DNA of 64,000 nt from Trichormus sp. ATA11-4-KO1. GTDB taxonomy: Bacteria > Cyanobacteriota > Cyanobacteriia > Cyanobacteriales > Nostocaceae. Of the stretch, positions 18,102 to 28,499 are shown one piece after another. Made by a program: the position numbers and the translations under genes. The notes under the pieces were generated by a model. It made no database searches. It saw nothing but the letters and a program-made list of their open reading frames with translations, and was not told the origin of the DNA. Positions within the stretch are counted from its first letter, which is position 1; every line of letters begins with the position of its first letter. The stretch lies in NCBI GenBank assembly GCA_019358915.1, contig JAHHIM010000019.1, forward strand, positions 18,703 through 82,702. Reading direction: 5' to 3'.

Positions 18102-19544
18102 ATGGCAACTAGCAATTTTCTACCCGATCCTGAATCAGGTCAAAAGCTCAAGCCAGTCAAGCAAGTGAACCTACTCACCATGTTTCGACTGGGCTTATTT
18201 CAGATGGGACTGAGCATGATGTCTATCTTGATTCTGGGGGTACTCAACAGAGTCATGATTCAAGAAATAGCAATTCCGGCCACGCTGGTATCGCTAGTGC
18301 TAGCACTGCCTGCATTTGTTTCACCTGCCCGGATTTGGTTTGGTCAGATGTCAGATGTCAAGCCGATGTGGGGTTATAATCGCACTGTTTATGTGTGGGT
18401 GGGAGCAGCAGTATTTGCGATCGCCTCATTTTTAGCAATACAAGTGCTGTGGCAATTGAATTTGGCAGCAAGTAACACCGATGGCTGGGTATGGACAACT
18501 CAAACAATCGGTTGGACAGCACTTTTAACTTTAATTTTTGCCATATATGGGCTAGCAATTTGTGCTAGTGGTACTGCTTTTGCTGCTTTGTTGGTAGATA
18601 TATCCGAAGAAGAGAACCGTTCCAAAGTCGTTGGTGTTGTCTGGTCACTGCTGATGGTGGGGATTGTGGTGGGAGCAATCATCAGTTCCAGTTTACTCAG
18701 ACAATTAACGCCAGAAGCACCCATAGAAAGTTTACAGACAGCAGTCAACAGGTTATTTATTATCGTTCCAGCTATTGTTTTTGGGCTATCCATCGTAGCA
18801 ACATTAGGTGTAGAAAAAAAGTATTCCCATTATTCCCACCGTTCTACAAGAGAAAATCGAGACGACAGCGTTAGTCTGGGTAGGGCTTGGAAAATTTTGA
18901 CCGCTAGTCGGCAAACAGGTGTGTTTTTCATCTTTTTGTTGGTGATGACCATCAGTTTATTTATGCAAGACCCTATTTTGGAACCCTATGCAGGGCAGGT
19001 GTTTGGTATGCCCCTAGCGGAAAGCACCAGATTGAATGTTTTCTACGGGATGGGTATCCTGATTGCTTACGGTGTCACTGGTTTTTACATTGTGCCGCGT
19101 TTAGGTAAACGCAGAACTGCGCGCTTAGGCTGTGTATTAGTGGCAATATGTGCATTCATGCTGGGCATATCAGGATTTACTGCTAATGTCGCTTTCCTGA
19201 AATCAAGTTTGTTCTTGTTTGGGTTAGCTACTGGCTTCTTAACTACAGCAGCAATTAGCTTGATGTTAGACCTCACAGCAGCTGAAGCCGCAGGTACTTT
19301 TATTGGGGCTTGGGGACTAGCTCAGTCAGTGTCTAGAGGAGTGGCTGTAGTCATAGGTGGTAGTGTTTTAGATATCGGTCGCAGACTACTACCAAGTTTG
19401 GAACTAGCTTATGGTATGGTATTTTTTCTAGAAGCCTTAGGCATGGTAGTGTCAATTTGGTTCCTCAACCGAGTCAACGTGACAGAATTTCAAACGAGTG
19501 CCAAACAAGCGATCGCTTCTGTTTTGGAAAGTGATTTAGATTAG
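18102..19544 (+). CDS. PucC/BCD-family MFS transporter
   Basis: RLGLFQMGL, LNRVMIQE, QDPILEPYAGQVFGM and GTFIGAWGLAQ; multi-pass hydrophobic. ATG 18102 chosen over GTG 18081. Confidence 0.88.
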   Translation: MATSNFLPDPESGQKLKPVKQVNLLTMFRLGLFQMGLSMMSILILGVLNRVMIQEIAIPATLVSLVLALPAFVSPARIWFGQMSDVKPMWGYNRTVYVWVGAAVFAIASFLAIQVLWQLNLAASNTDGWVWTTQTIGWTALLTLIFAIYGLAICASGTAFAALLVDISEEENRSKVVGVVWSLLMVGIVVGAIISSSLLRQLTPEAPIESLQTAVNRLFIIVPAIVFGLSIVATLGVEKKYSHYSHRSTRENRDDSVSLGRAWKILTASRQTGVFFIFLLVMTISLFMQDPILEPYAGQVFGMPLAESTRLNVFYGMGILIAYGVTGFYIVPRLGKRRTARLGCVLVAICAFMLGISGFTANVAFLKSSLFLFGLATGFLTTAAISLMLDLTAAEAAGTFIGAWGLAQSVSRGVAVVIGGSVLDIGRRLLPSLELAYGMVFFLEALGMVVSIWFLNRVNVTEFQTSAKQAIASVLESDLD

Positions 19545-19614
19545 TTATCCATACAAAAACTAAATCTAACTATCTTGTCTTGGTTCAGGAGCGCTTTTGC
19601 GCGAAAATTATTTA

Positions 19615-20421
19615 ATGAATGATTTTTGGACAACAATTCTCGACTTTGCCCAAACCACCACCACCAGAGTGGGAAAGCAACTCATGCAAGATTTTGGGCA
19701 GGTGCAGGCTTTGCAAAAAGCTGACGGTAGTTTGGTGACGCAGGCGGATAAATGGGCAGATCAGGAAATTCGGGATGCGATTGCTGCTAATTTCTCTGGT
19801 TACGGCATTTTGAGTGAAGAAAACGACCAAGTTTTTCCGGGGACAGAGTGGTGTTGGGTAATTGACCCTCTGGACGGTACAACTAACTTTACCAGGGGTA
19901 TTCCCATTTGGTCGATTTCGTTGGGTTTGCTGTATAAAGGTACACCTGTTTTTGGTTATGTTTATGTACCACCACTAGCGCAAGCTTTTCACGGTTTCTG
20001 GGCAGGTTCATCTGGTTTAGCTACACCATCCGGGGCATTTCTCAATCACCACCCCATCCACACTAGTAACGATGCCCCTAGCAAAAATCACTTTTTTAAC
20101 CTTTGTTCCCGTAGCACTGCTATTATCCAAAAAGACTTTCCCTGCAAAATACGGATGTTGGGTGTAGCTAGCTATAACTTCCTGATGGTTGCGACTGGGG
20201 CAGTACTTGGTGGTATTGAAGCCACTCCGAAAGTTTGGGACTTAGCCGGGGTTTGGGTAATTGTCCAAGCTGCTGGTGGTACTTGGACATCCCTCAAGTC
20301 ACGGCCGTTTCCTTTATTATCGGGGGAAGATTATAGCGATCGCTCTTTTACTACCCTTGTAGTTAGTCGCCCGGAATTGGTGACCGTATTTACGTCATTT
20401 CTCCAAGATTTAAAAATTTAA
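19615..20421 (+). CDS. Inositol monophosphatase family protein
   Basis: LVTQAD, ILSEE, WVIDPLDGTTNF and WDLAG. Confidence 0.92.
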   Translation: MNDFWTTILDFAQTTTTRVGKQLMQDFGQVQALQKADGSLVTQADKWADQEIRDAIAANFSGYGILSEENDQVFPGTEWCWVIDPLDGTTNFTRGIPIWSISLGLLYKGTPVFGYVYVPPLAQAFHGFWAGSSGLATPSGAFLNHHPIHTSNDAPSKNHFFNLCSRSTAIIQKDFPCKIRMLGVASYNFLMVATGAVLGGIEATPKVWDLAGVWVIVQAAGGTWTSLKSRPFPLLSGEDYSDRSFTTLVVSRPELVTVFTSFLQDLKI

Positions 20422-20500
20422 ATAAAAACTCAGTATGCTTACTTATTTGCAGTGTGCTGGCGCTTCCCTTACACTGGAACCCTAAGGATGAAGCAATTTT

Positions 20501-21052
20501 ATGCTGTCTAATTTAGATTTAATCAGAGAGTTTGTGCAAAACTCAATTCAAAAAAAAGAGGTTTTGTTGTCAAATCCTTTTCTGATAGCGCAAACAGTGT
20601 ATAACACTAACCAAATGACAGCAAAAACCACAGGCGTGATTGCTACATATCAACTAAATAATACAATATCTGAATTCTTGATTTATGCAAAATCATCCCA
20701 TTGGGAAATAATGAATCAGGCATTAGCCGAATCCAGTTATCTCCTCAAAGGAGAAATAGATAATCGTGGTTTTTATCGGTATCAATACTGCCAAGTTCCC
20801 AAAGGTTATAAAGTGCAGTGTACTAAGTCTGTCATACTATGGAGAGCTTGGTGGAAATATCGTAAAAATGCTTTAAGACCAGGAATTCCTCTCGACCTTT
20901 TGATCCAGAAACGAGATTCTTGGTATCCAATTAGAGATTTAATTATTAGTGACGGACTTTTGTATATCAAAACCTTGGGAAGTGAGATAGCAATTCATTC
21001 AGATGATTTGGTGATTTGGCTCAGCAAAATTGAAGACAAGTGCCAAAACTAA
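20501..21052 (+). CDS. Hypothetical protein
   Basis: 183 aa with ATG start and plausible composition; no recognised motif. Confidence 0.7.
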   Translation: MLSNLDLIREFVQNSIQKKEVLLSNPFLIAQTVYNTNQMTAKTTGVIATYQLNNTISEFLIYAKSSHWEIMNQALAESSYLLKGEIDNRGFYRYQYCQVPKGYKVQCTKSVILWRAWWKYRKNALRPGIPLDLLIQKRDSWYPIRDLIISDGLLYIKTLGSEIAIHSDDLVIWLSKIEDKCQN

Positions 21053-21077
21053 TCATCCCAAATTTGGATGATTAGTC
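21048..21077. terminator. Hairpin between convergent genes
   Basis: ACTAATCATCC...GGATGATTAGT inverted repeat. Confidence 0.55.
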
Positions 21078-21097
21078 TCCAGGATTCAATACTTTAT

Positions 21098-22180
21098 TTA
21101 AGCTACAGTCACATCTGGTGATAAATAAACATCCTGAATAGCATGAAACAATCTTACACCTTCCTCAAACGGACGCTGGAAGGTCTTCCGTCCAGAAATT
21201 AATCCCGTACCGCCAGCCCGTTTGTTAATCACAGCAGTGCGAACTGCTTGGGCAAAGTCATTTTTACCAGTCGCCCCACCAGAATTAATTAGTCCTGCAC
21301 GTCCACAGTAGCAATTCAGTACCTGATAACGAGTCAAATCAATCGGGTGGTCACTGGTTAATTCTGTGTAAACCCGTTCATCAGTTTTGCCATAACTTTG
21401 ACCAGTTGCTTTGGCTACTGCGCCATAACCACGATTACATTCGGGTAACTTTTGTTTAATAATGTCGGCTTCAATTGTTACACCTAAATGATTTGCCTGT
21501 CCGGTAAGGTCAGCAGCAACATGATAATCTTGATCTTGTTTGAAAGCGCTGTTACGCAGATAGCACCAGAGAATTGTTACCAAACCCAGTTCATGAGCGT
21601 ACTTAAAAGCTTGGCTAACTTCCTGAATTTGCCTAGCAGATTGCTCTGAACCAAAGTAAATTGTCGCGCCTACCGCCACTGCACCCAAATTCCAAGCTTG
21701 CTCGACATCAGCAAACAATATTTGGTCATATTGATTGGGAAAAGTTAGCAGTTCGTTATGGTTGATTTTGGCAATGAAAGGGATTTTGTGGGCATATTTA
21801 CGCGAAACGCTACCTAATACACCTAATGTTGTGGCAACAGCATTACAACCTCCAGCTATTGCCAATCTGATGATATTTTCGGGGTCAAAATAAATAGGGT
21901 TGGGCGCAAACGATGCACCAGCTGAGTGTTCAATTCCTTGGTCTACAGGTAATATAGACAAATAGCCAGTATGTGCCAAACGACCAGCAGAGTAAAGTTG
22001 CTGGAGATTACGCAAAACTTGAGGATGGCGATCGCTATTTAACCAAACTCGATCTATAAAATCTGAGCCTGGTAAATGTAGTAAATCCCGTGAAATTTTT
22101 GCTTTGTAGGTGAGCAGATATTCTGCTTCTTTCCCTAACAATGACTCGATAGAATTAGATTCTAAGAGCGTTGTAGTCAT
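21098..22180 (-). CDS. fbaB: Class I fructose-bisphosphate aldolase (DhnA/FbaB type)
   Basis: [29 protein letters not shown] Schiff-base Lys region, GLISGRK. Confidence 0.93.
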   Translation of the reverse strand: MTTTLLESNSIESLLGKEAEYLLTYKAKISRDLLHLPGSDFIDRVWLNSDRHPQVLRNLQQLYSAGRLAHTGYLSILPVDQGIEHSAGASFAPNPIYFDPENIIRLAIAGGCNAVATTLGVLGSVSRKYAHKIPFIAKINHNELLTFPNQYDQILFADVEQAWNLGAVAVGATIYFGSEQSARQIQEVSQAFKYAHELGLVTILWCYLRNSAFKQDQDYHVAADLTGQANHLGVTIEADIIKQKLPECNRGYGAVAKATGQSYGKTDERVYTELTSDHPIDLTRYQVLNCYCGRAGLINSGGATGKNDFAQAVRTAVINKRAGGTGLISGRKTFQRPFEEGVRLFHAIQDVYLSPDVTVA

Positions 22181-22256
22181 AGCAATTTCCTTAAACTTCA
22201 GCCAATGACCTTACTTCTAAGATAGCATTCTGAATGTTACTAACTTGCTAATATTT

Positions 22257-22350
22257 TAGGACTTACGCAAAATACTTCTCTAACTCTCATTCCTCCGTGT
22301 TCTCTGTGCCTCTGCGATACGATTCTTTCGTAACTTGTGCGTAAGTCCTA
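22257..22350. mobile_element. 94-bp MITE-like element with 13-bp terminal inverted repeats
   Basis: TAGGACTTACGCA (22257-22269) and TGCGTAAGTCCTA (22338-22350). The same 12-mer begins the IS701-like element at 63093. Confidence 0.75.
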
Positions 22351-22394
22351 TCTTTTTACTTCTTAGAGTTACCACTCTCGATATTATGGCAAAA

Positions 22395-22423
22395 AAACCA
22401 CAGATAAACTATCTGTGGTTTTA
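22395..22423. terminator. Hairpin or bidirectional terminator-like element
   Basis: AAAACCACAGATA-AAC-TATCTGTGGTTTT perfect inverted repeat. Confidence 0.5.
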
Positions 22424-22647
22424 AATTATAAATTAGGATTCTTGCCGTAACACTATTTTAAAGTTACCCGATATCAAGTCATATACCGAAAGATATATCT
22501 TTGCTCTGGTGTGATTTGTTGTATTCCACAAATATTAGAATAGGTGGGAAATTTATCCTCTAAATAGCTATTTCCTAAATTATCAAATATATCTAGTAAT
22601 TCTAAATAAGTTACGAACAAAACTATCCGCGACGTCTACCCTCTAAG

Positions 22648-22822
22648 CTCGACTTTATCCATTTTTACGAAACCCAAAACCTGACGCTGAAACCATTGTG
22701 GAGCAGTAGTTTCACTTTTTGGGCTTGCTCGAAGATCAGTGACATGGAAAAAGTATTTGCCAAAAAGCCAGGGTTTTTGCCGGATAAGGAAAACCGAGTT
22801 CTTAATTTTGGATAAAGTCGAG
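22648..22822. mobile_element. 175-bp MITE-like element with 14-bp terminal inverted repeats
   Basis: CTCGACTTTATCCA (22648-22661) and TGGATAAAGTCGAG (22809-22822); non-coding interior. Confidence 0.65.
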
Positions 22823-23037
22823 GTACAAGCTAAAGTGTGAAAAGCCTTATATTTATTATATTTATAGGAGTAAAAAATATTTTACAATAATTTACAATAA
22901 TTAAATAATTTACCAAAGAAACTGGGACTAGAGGATAGGGGGATAGGGAGACAAGGGAACAAGGAGACAAAAAGTTTTCCTCATCTCCCCACTCCCCAGT
23001 TACTGAGCGCAGTCGAAGTACACTCCCCAAATCCAAA

Positions 23038-23442
23038 ATGCCTACTGTGAATTCTTCAACCCCAAAGACATTTTCCTACACACGTAGCACAATAGAAAGG
23101 GCTGAACGATCGCTTGTCTGTTCTCCCTTTAATATTGCTTTGTTTGCAGCGATGCGTCACCAGAGTGTGCCATTGGGGGCGATCGCCTTAGAAAATGGTG
23201 TTAAGCATGGCTACACTAAACGCCCTTTGTCAGAATTGGCGTGCGATAATGCTTTGGGCTGGCTGATCCAAGTCGGTGTGCTGCGGCGAGAAGTTGACGG
23301 ACAAGGAATTACGGATAGTTTTCGCCTCACTCCTCTAGGTCACCAGTTACTAGAACAATATCAGGGAAAAAATTGGCCTACTCCTTCATGGCGCGATCGC
23401 TTGTATAATGCGGTGATTTACTGGTTCAGACTACCTTTCTAG
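23038..23442 (+). CDS. Conserved cyanobacterial protein (Npun_F0494 family-like)
   Basis: WLIQVGVLRREVDGQGITDSFRLTPLG signature. Confidence 0.8.
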   Translation: MPTVNSSTPKTFSYTRSTIERAERSLVCSPFNIALFAAMRHQSVPLGAIALENGVKHGYTKRPLSELACDNALGWLIQVGVLRREVDGQGITDSFRLTPLGHQLLEQYQGKNWPTPSWRDRLYNAVIYWFRLPF

Positions 23443-23686
23443 AATCAAAAACCCCAGAGTTAGGATGAGGTAGTCAACGGGAACAATATATACGGAGAAC
23501 CATCACACCTCTTAATAAAGTCTTTACCATGATCATCTAACTGATTTATGAGGTTTTGGTAAAGGTTATAGAAGAGACAATGAGGTCTATCTTGTTTCCG
23601 GGACACAGCTTCACGGCTTTCTCACTGTTGACGAGCAGATTGCCATATTACCGTTTACCCCTGACTTGAAAAATTGATAGTGACCT

Positions 23687-25162
23687 ATGAAAGCAATTAT
23701 GGTAGTGGGAACAACATCCCACGCAGGGAAATCACTAATTACTACAGCTATTTGTCGCATTTTGTCGCGGCGTGGTTGGCGAGTGGCTCCCTTTAAAGGT
23801 CAAAATATGGCTTTGAATGCTTATGTCACTGCCAATGGGGGAGAAATTGGCTATGCTCAAGCAGTACAAGCTTGGGCCGCAGGTGTTGTTCCTTGGGTAG
23901 AAATGAACCCAATTTTACTCAAACCCCAAGGGGATATGACATCCCAAGTCATTATCAAAGGTAGACCTGTAGGCAAAGTTAGAGCTTCAGATTATTACGA
24001 ACAATATTTTGATTTGGGTTGGCAAGCAATTGAAGAATCTCTCAAACATTTATCCACAGAATTTGATTTGCTAGTCTGTGAAGGCGCAGGTAGTCCGGCG
24101 GAGATTAATCTCAAGCACCGCGACTTGACTAATATGCGAATAGCAAAGTATTTAAATGCACCAACAATATTAGTAGTTGATATTGATCGTGGTGGAGCTT
24201 TTGCCCATGTAGTCGGGACTCTAGAGTTACTAGAACCAGACGAACGCGAATTAATTAAAGGTATAGTAATTAACAAATTCCGGGGACAGCGATCGCTCTT
24301 GGAACCGGGGATAAAATGGTTGGAAGAACGTATTGGTATCCCCGTTGTTGGTGTTATACCTTATTTTCAAGAAGTATTTCCCGCAGAAGATTCCCTTGAT
24401 CTGTTGGAACGTAAATCTTACAAAAGCAATACAGACCTGAATATCGCCGTTATTCGTTTACCTAGAATTGCCAACTTTACTGACTTTGACCCCTTGGAAT
24501 CGGAACCAACGGTGTCAGTAAAATTTCTTAGTCCCAAGCAAGATTTAGGACATCCCGATGCCGTAATTATCCCAGGGACGAAAACCACAATCACTGATTT
24601 ACTACTACTGCAAAAAACCGGGATGGCAGAAGCGATTCAACACTATGCCGCTTCTGGTGGTACAGTCTTGGGTATTTGTGGTGGCTTCCAAATGCTGGGG
24701 CAAATGATCGCCGATCCTGAAGGAGTAGAAGGACAAGCCGGCAGATTTCAAGGACTAAATCTCCTACCCATTAGAACTGTAATTACAGGACAAAAAATTG
24801 CCCGCCAGCGCCAAGTTAGCTCAAATTATCCCCAGATGGGTTTACCAGTGAATGGCTTTGAAATCCACCAAGGGCGATCGCGCATCGAACAACAAGGAGA
24901 TAACCAAGCTTACCAACCTTTATTTGATGATGTTAATTTAGGGTTAGTGGATAGTTGTCAATCCGTTTGGGGTACATATCTCCACGGGCTGTTTGACAAT
25001 GGCCCTTGGCGGCGTGCTTGGTTAAATCGCCTGCGTCAACAACGAGGTTTAAAATCTTTACCAACTGGTGTTGCCAATTATCGGGAACAGCGAGAGCAGA
25101 TTTTAGACTCCCTCGCCACGGAAATTGAAAATCACTTGGATTTAACACCTTTTTTGTCTTAG
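23687..25162 (+). CDS. cobQ: Cobyric acid synthase CobQ
   Basis: GTTSHAGKS, PFKGQNMALN, EGAGSPAEINL, glutamine amidotransferase GICGGFQMLG and GTYLHG. Confidence 0.95.
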   Translation: MKAIMVVGTTSHAGKSLITTAICRILSRRGWRVAPFKGQNMALNAYVTANGGEIGYAQAVQAWAAGVVPWVEMNPILLKPQGDMTSQVIIKGRPVGKVRASDYYEQYFDLGWQAIEESLKHLSTEFDLLVCEGAGSPAEINLKHRDLTNMRIAKYLNAPTILVVDIDRGGAFAHVVGTLELLEPDERELIKGIVINKFRGQRSLLEPGIKWLEERIGIPVVGVIPYFQEVFPAEDSLDLLERKSYKSNTDLNIAVIRLPRIANFTDFDPLESEPTVSVKFLSPKQDLGHPDAVIIPGTKTTITDLLLLQKTGMAEAIQHYAASGGTVLGICGGFQMLGQMIADPEGVEGQAGRFQGLNLLPIRTVITGQKIARQRQVSSNYPQMGLPVNGFEIHQGRSRIEQQGDNQAYQPLFDDVNLGLVDSCQSVWGTYLHGLFDNGPWRRAWLNRLRQQRGLKSLPTGVANYREQREQILDSLATEIENHLDLTPFLS

Positions 25163-25177
25163 CTAAACTAGTGTTTC

Positions 25178-25417
25178 ATGAATATTCGTGTCCGCTTTTT
25201 GCCAGATGATATTACTGTTGATGCCGAAGTGGGGGAAGCCCTTTTGGATGTAGCTGAACGGGCTGGGGTATTTATTCCTACTGGTTGTCTTATGGGGTCT
25301 TGTCACGCTTGCACAGTGGAACTTGAAGATGGTGAAGTTATCCGTGCTTGCATTTCCGCAGTGTCGCCAGGACAATCAGAAATGATTATAAATTTATACA
25401 GTGATCCAACTTGGTAA
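25178..25417 (+). CDS. 2Fe-2S ferredoxin-like protein
   Basis: C-x4-C-x2-C (CLMGSCHAC) plus a distal Cys (IRAC). Confidence 0.88.
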   Translation: MNIRVRFLPDDITVDAEVGEALLDVAERAGVFIPTGCLMGSCHACTVELEDGEVIRACISAVSPGQSEMIINLYSDPTW

Positions 25418-25448
25418 ATATCAATCTTCTTTGTGTCTCATTGTTTTT

Positions 25449-25676
25449 ATGGTGAAAATAACCACAAAGATTCGGGAACTCAAGCAAATGCTTCGCCAAA
25501 GTGGTTTTACAGAACTCCCAGGCAAAGGAAGTCATACTAACTGGGTGCATCCCTTATATGCTGGGAAATTCACGCTTTCAGGAAAAGATGGAGCAGATGC
25601 TAAATTCTACCAAGAGAATGGTGCAAAACAAGCAATTGAGGAAGTTAAAGGGAAAAGACAAGATGAGTCATCTTAA
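25449..25676 (+). CDS. hicA: HicA-family toxin (mRNA interferase)
   Basis: KIRELKQML...GF...GKGSH..W.HP with conserved GSH; overlaps the downstream HicB gene. Start uncertain. Confidence 0.8.
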   Translation: MVKITTKIRELKQMLRQSGFTELPGKGSHTNWVHPLYAGKFTLSGKDGADAKFYQENGAKQAIEEVKGKRQDESS

Positions 25677-25881
25677 GTACAAAATGATTATTCAATGGTC
25701 AGAGGAAGACAATTGTTTCTTGGTAGGATTCCCAGATTTTCCCGGACAACAATGGCGAACTCATGGGGAAACTTACCAATTAGCCGTAGCCAACGGCATT
25801 GAAGCCTTAGAATCTCTAATTATTGCTTATGAAGCTGCGGGCGATTCACTACCAGAACCAACAGTGTGTAACGCCGCATAG
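25663..25881 (+). CDS. hicB: HicB-family antitoxin (short form)
   Basis: Y.MIIQWSEEDNCFLVGFPDFPG...THGETY..A..N..EAL......G..LPEP pattern; ATG at 25663. Confidence 0.85.
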   Translation: MSHLKYKMIIQWSEEDNCFLVGFPDFPGQQWRTHGETYQLAVANGIEALESLIIAYEAAGDSLPEPTVCNAA

Positions 25882-25930
25882 TTGAAGTTTTTTTGTTGAG
25901 TAAAATAGCTAAGGTAATTTAAGAACTACG

Positions 25931-26377
25931 CTAGCTATTTGACTTGACATTCAAAGCATATGCTTTAAACCTTTCCAAATCCGCCTGAATTGTGGACTCT
26001 ACCACCCGTCCTAAAAACAAGTTATCCATAATTTTGCCAAGAATACCTGGGATGGCGTAAGAAACAGTCATTTTGACAATACTACTACCGTGGCGATCGT
26101 AAAAACGAATTGCGCCCTGATTCGGTAAACCATCAACTGATTCCCATTGGATGATTTGGTTAGGTACAACTTTGAGAATGCGGGATTTCCATTTAAATTC
26201 CAGACCGCCAGTACTCAATTTCCAAAGTGATATATCTGGATCATCGGGCGAAATCTTCACTGAATCAATCCACTTCATCCAACGAGGCATTTGCTCTAAG
26301 TCAGACCAGAGGCTCCATACTAAGTCTATCGGAACATCTACTTCTATCTGTACACTATGCTCTAACCAGTCTGCCAT
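25931..26377 (-). CDS. SRPBCC/START-like (polyketide cyclase family) protein
   Basis: VWSLWSDLEQMPRWM and IQWESVDGLPNQGAIRF; immediately downstream of zds. Confidence 0.87.
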   Translation of the reverse strand: MADWLEHSVQIEVDVPIDLVWSLWSDLEQMPRWMKWIDSVKISPDDPDISLWKLSTGGLEFKWKSRILKVVPNQIIQWESVDGLPNQGAIRFYDRHGSSIVKMTVSYAIPGILGKIMDNLFLGRVVESTIQADLERFKAYALNVKSNS

Positions 26378-26416
26378 TTTCTTCCTCCGCGTTCTCTGTA
26401 CCTGGTGCGGTATAGG

Positions 26417-27856
26417 TTATTTCTTGACGTTCTCCAGAATCACTTTTGCCGCACGCCGTCCGGAAATGGTTGCTCCCTCCATACTGTCGATGTAGTCTTG
26501 TTGTGTATAACTACCAGCTAAAAAGAAATTAGGTATTGGCGTTTTTTGGTGAGGACGATATACATCCATCCCTGGTGCTTCCCGGTAGAGAGACTGCGCC
26601 AGTTTTACCACGCTATACCAAGTCATATTCAATTCCCGCGATGAGGGGAATAATTCGTGAACTTGCTTGAGGACGTGTTGGGCGATCGCCTCATTATTTT
26701 GTTTAATAAAAGGATCTCCTGGTGTTAGTACCAACTGTAACAACGACCCTTGTCCTGGACGATAATAATCACTAGGACTAGTCAAAGCCAAATCAGCGAA
26801 GCAAGAAAAATCAGCATCGGCGGTATACAGTAAATTATCTATCCCGGCTGCATGATTTAGCTGTTGGCGTTGCTCTGCATCTTGCAGTTCTGTCACCCAG
26901 CCATCAAATCTCAGCTGCACTGTGGCTACTGGTACGGCCTCCAATTGATAAATATTGTCAAATTCTGCCCATTTGCGCCATTCTTGGGGTAATATTCGCT
27001 GTACTCCTGGAACATCGCCAGCAAACACGTAGGCATCAGCCGTAATAGTTTCTACTGTGTCACCTTCAGCAACTATGATGCCTGTGACGTGAGTTTCTTC
27101 ACCTGACTCGGTAAATTGAATTTCCCGTACTTGTCGCCGAGTGTAAACTTTAGCGCCTCTGGCTTCCAGATATTTGAGTATCGGCTTGTGTAAATATTCA
27201 TCTGGAGAACCTTCCAGCATCCGCAAAACTGAAGCTTCGGTTCTCGCGGCAAATAACTGAAAGATAGTTAACATACAACGGGCAGATATATTGTCACAAT
27301 CAATAAATCCCAAAGCATAAGCAATGGGATTCCACATGCGCTTGATGCTACCTTCACTACCTCCGTGACTGCGGAACCATTCAGCAAAGCTAATTTTGTC
27401 TAAGTTGCGGATAGTTTTCATCGCCCCATTGAAATCTACCAACCCCCGGACTATGGGACTAGTACCCAAGGCGATCGCATTTTGCAATTTATCTTGTAAT
27501 GACAGTTGAGAAGTCGTAAAAAATGCTTTTAATCCATTAAAAGGCGCACCTGTCAAGAAGCGAAAATCTAAAGCGCCGGTGCGGCCCCCTTTATTAATAA
27601 AAGTATGAGTATGTTGTTTGAGGCGTAAATTTGACAACGCCCCCACTTTTTCCATCAAGTCAAATAATTGGTAGTAGCACCCAAAAAATACATGCAACCC
27701 CATTTCAATATGGTTGCCATCATGATCAACCCAACTACTGACTTTACCACCAACAAACGGACGAGACTCAAAAATCTGGACTTCACAGCCAGCATCAGCT
27801 AAATCTACAGCAGTTGCTAGCCCCGCCAGTCCCGCACCTACTATTGCAACACGCAT
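26417..27856 (-). CDS. zds: 9,9'-di-cis-zeta-carotene desaturase (CrtQ/ZDS)
   Basis: GAGLAG FAD motif, [13 protein letters not shown] and [12 protein letters not shown]. Confidence 0.95.
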   Translation of the reverse strand: MRVAIVGAGLAGLATAVDLADAGCEVQIFESRPFVGGKVSSWVDHDGNHIEMGLHVFFGCYYQLFDLMEKVGALSNLRLKQHTHTFINKGGRTGALDFRFLTGAPFNGLKAFFTTSQLSLQDKLQNAIALGTSPIVRGLVDFNGAMKTIRNLDKISFAEWFRSHGGSEGSIKRMWNPIAYALGFIDCDNISARCMLTIFQLFAARTEASVLRMLEGSPDEYLHKPILKYLEARGAKVYTRRQVREIQFTESGEETHVTGIIVAEGDTVETITADAYVFAGDVPGVQRILPQEWRKWAEFDNIYQLEAVPVATVQLRFDGWVTELQDAEQRQQLNHAAGIDNLLYTADADFSCFADLALTSPSDYYRPGQGSLLQLVLTPGDPFIKQNNEAIAQHVLKQVHELFPSSRELNMTWYSVVKLAQSLYREAPGMDVYRPHQKTPIPNFFLAGSYTQQDYIDSMEGATISGRRAAKVILENVKK

Positions 27857-28334
27857 TCCGTCCTACCTTTTCAGTTTCTTTACAGATTGTAACTGGGTTG
27901 GTGTCGGAATTGGCTATTTATGTCAACTTCACTAGGTGTAGAAGCACAATAGCACTAGGTCTTTTGGTAATAAATTTATCTTAAATCAAGAAATAATGCA
28001 GTAGTTAAGAGCCAGAATTCATGCTGAATTCTGGACGATAGGTAGATGAATCGTTGAGTTTAAAACTCTCACTAAACTGATCATTGAGTTGTTTATCCTG
28101 CGGGTTCTCCGAAGGAGTAAAATTAGGTAGTGATCTAAACCTACCTCATTGCATTCTAAATTTTGCATTCTTCTTCAATACTCCTTTAAATTCTAGAAAC
28201 TGACTAGATAAGCTTGTTCCATCGCGTCTTTACTTGGATATACAAACTTTATTCAGTAAATGTGGACTAAAAAAGCATGACAAGTATTTTCGGCATAGAA
28301 AAGTGATGACCTACGAAGCCATAAAACCATATCC

Positions 28335-28499
28335 TTACTTGCTGTCATCTGATGTAGGTAAGCCTCTAATCAGTTCACGAATTACATCTGTAGCAGGCCT
28401 ACCTGTTTGCTGACAATATTTTTCCAGTTTTTCTGCTTCCTGTACTGCTAAATTGACAGTTATGCGTTTTACGGCCCATTTTTTATTAGTCATTATCAT
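28335..28499 (-). CDS. Ribbon-helix-helix (CopG-like) DNA-binding protein, 54 aa
   Basis: Hand translation: MIMTNKKWAVKRITVNLAVQEAEKLEKYCQQTGRPATDVIRELIRGLPTSDDSK. Alternating beta strand, helix, G-turn, then DVIRELIR helix. Below the ORF-track size cutoff. Confidence 0.8.
   Translation of the reverse strand: MIMTNKKWAVKRITVNLAVQEAEKLEKYCQQTGRPATDVIRELIRGLPTSDDSK

Noticed and set aside
23443..23686. Cobalamin riboswitch upstream of cobQ
   Set aside because: No B12-box or the conserved GGGAA...GCCCCCGC.ACTGT...GCCACTG elements are visible.
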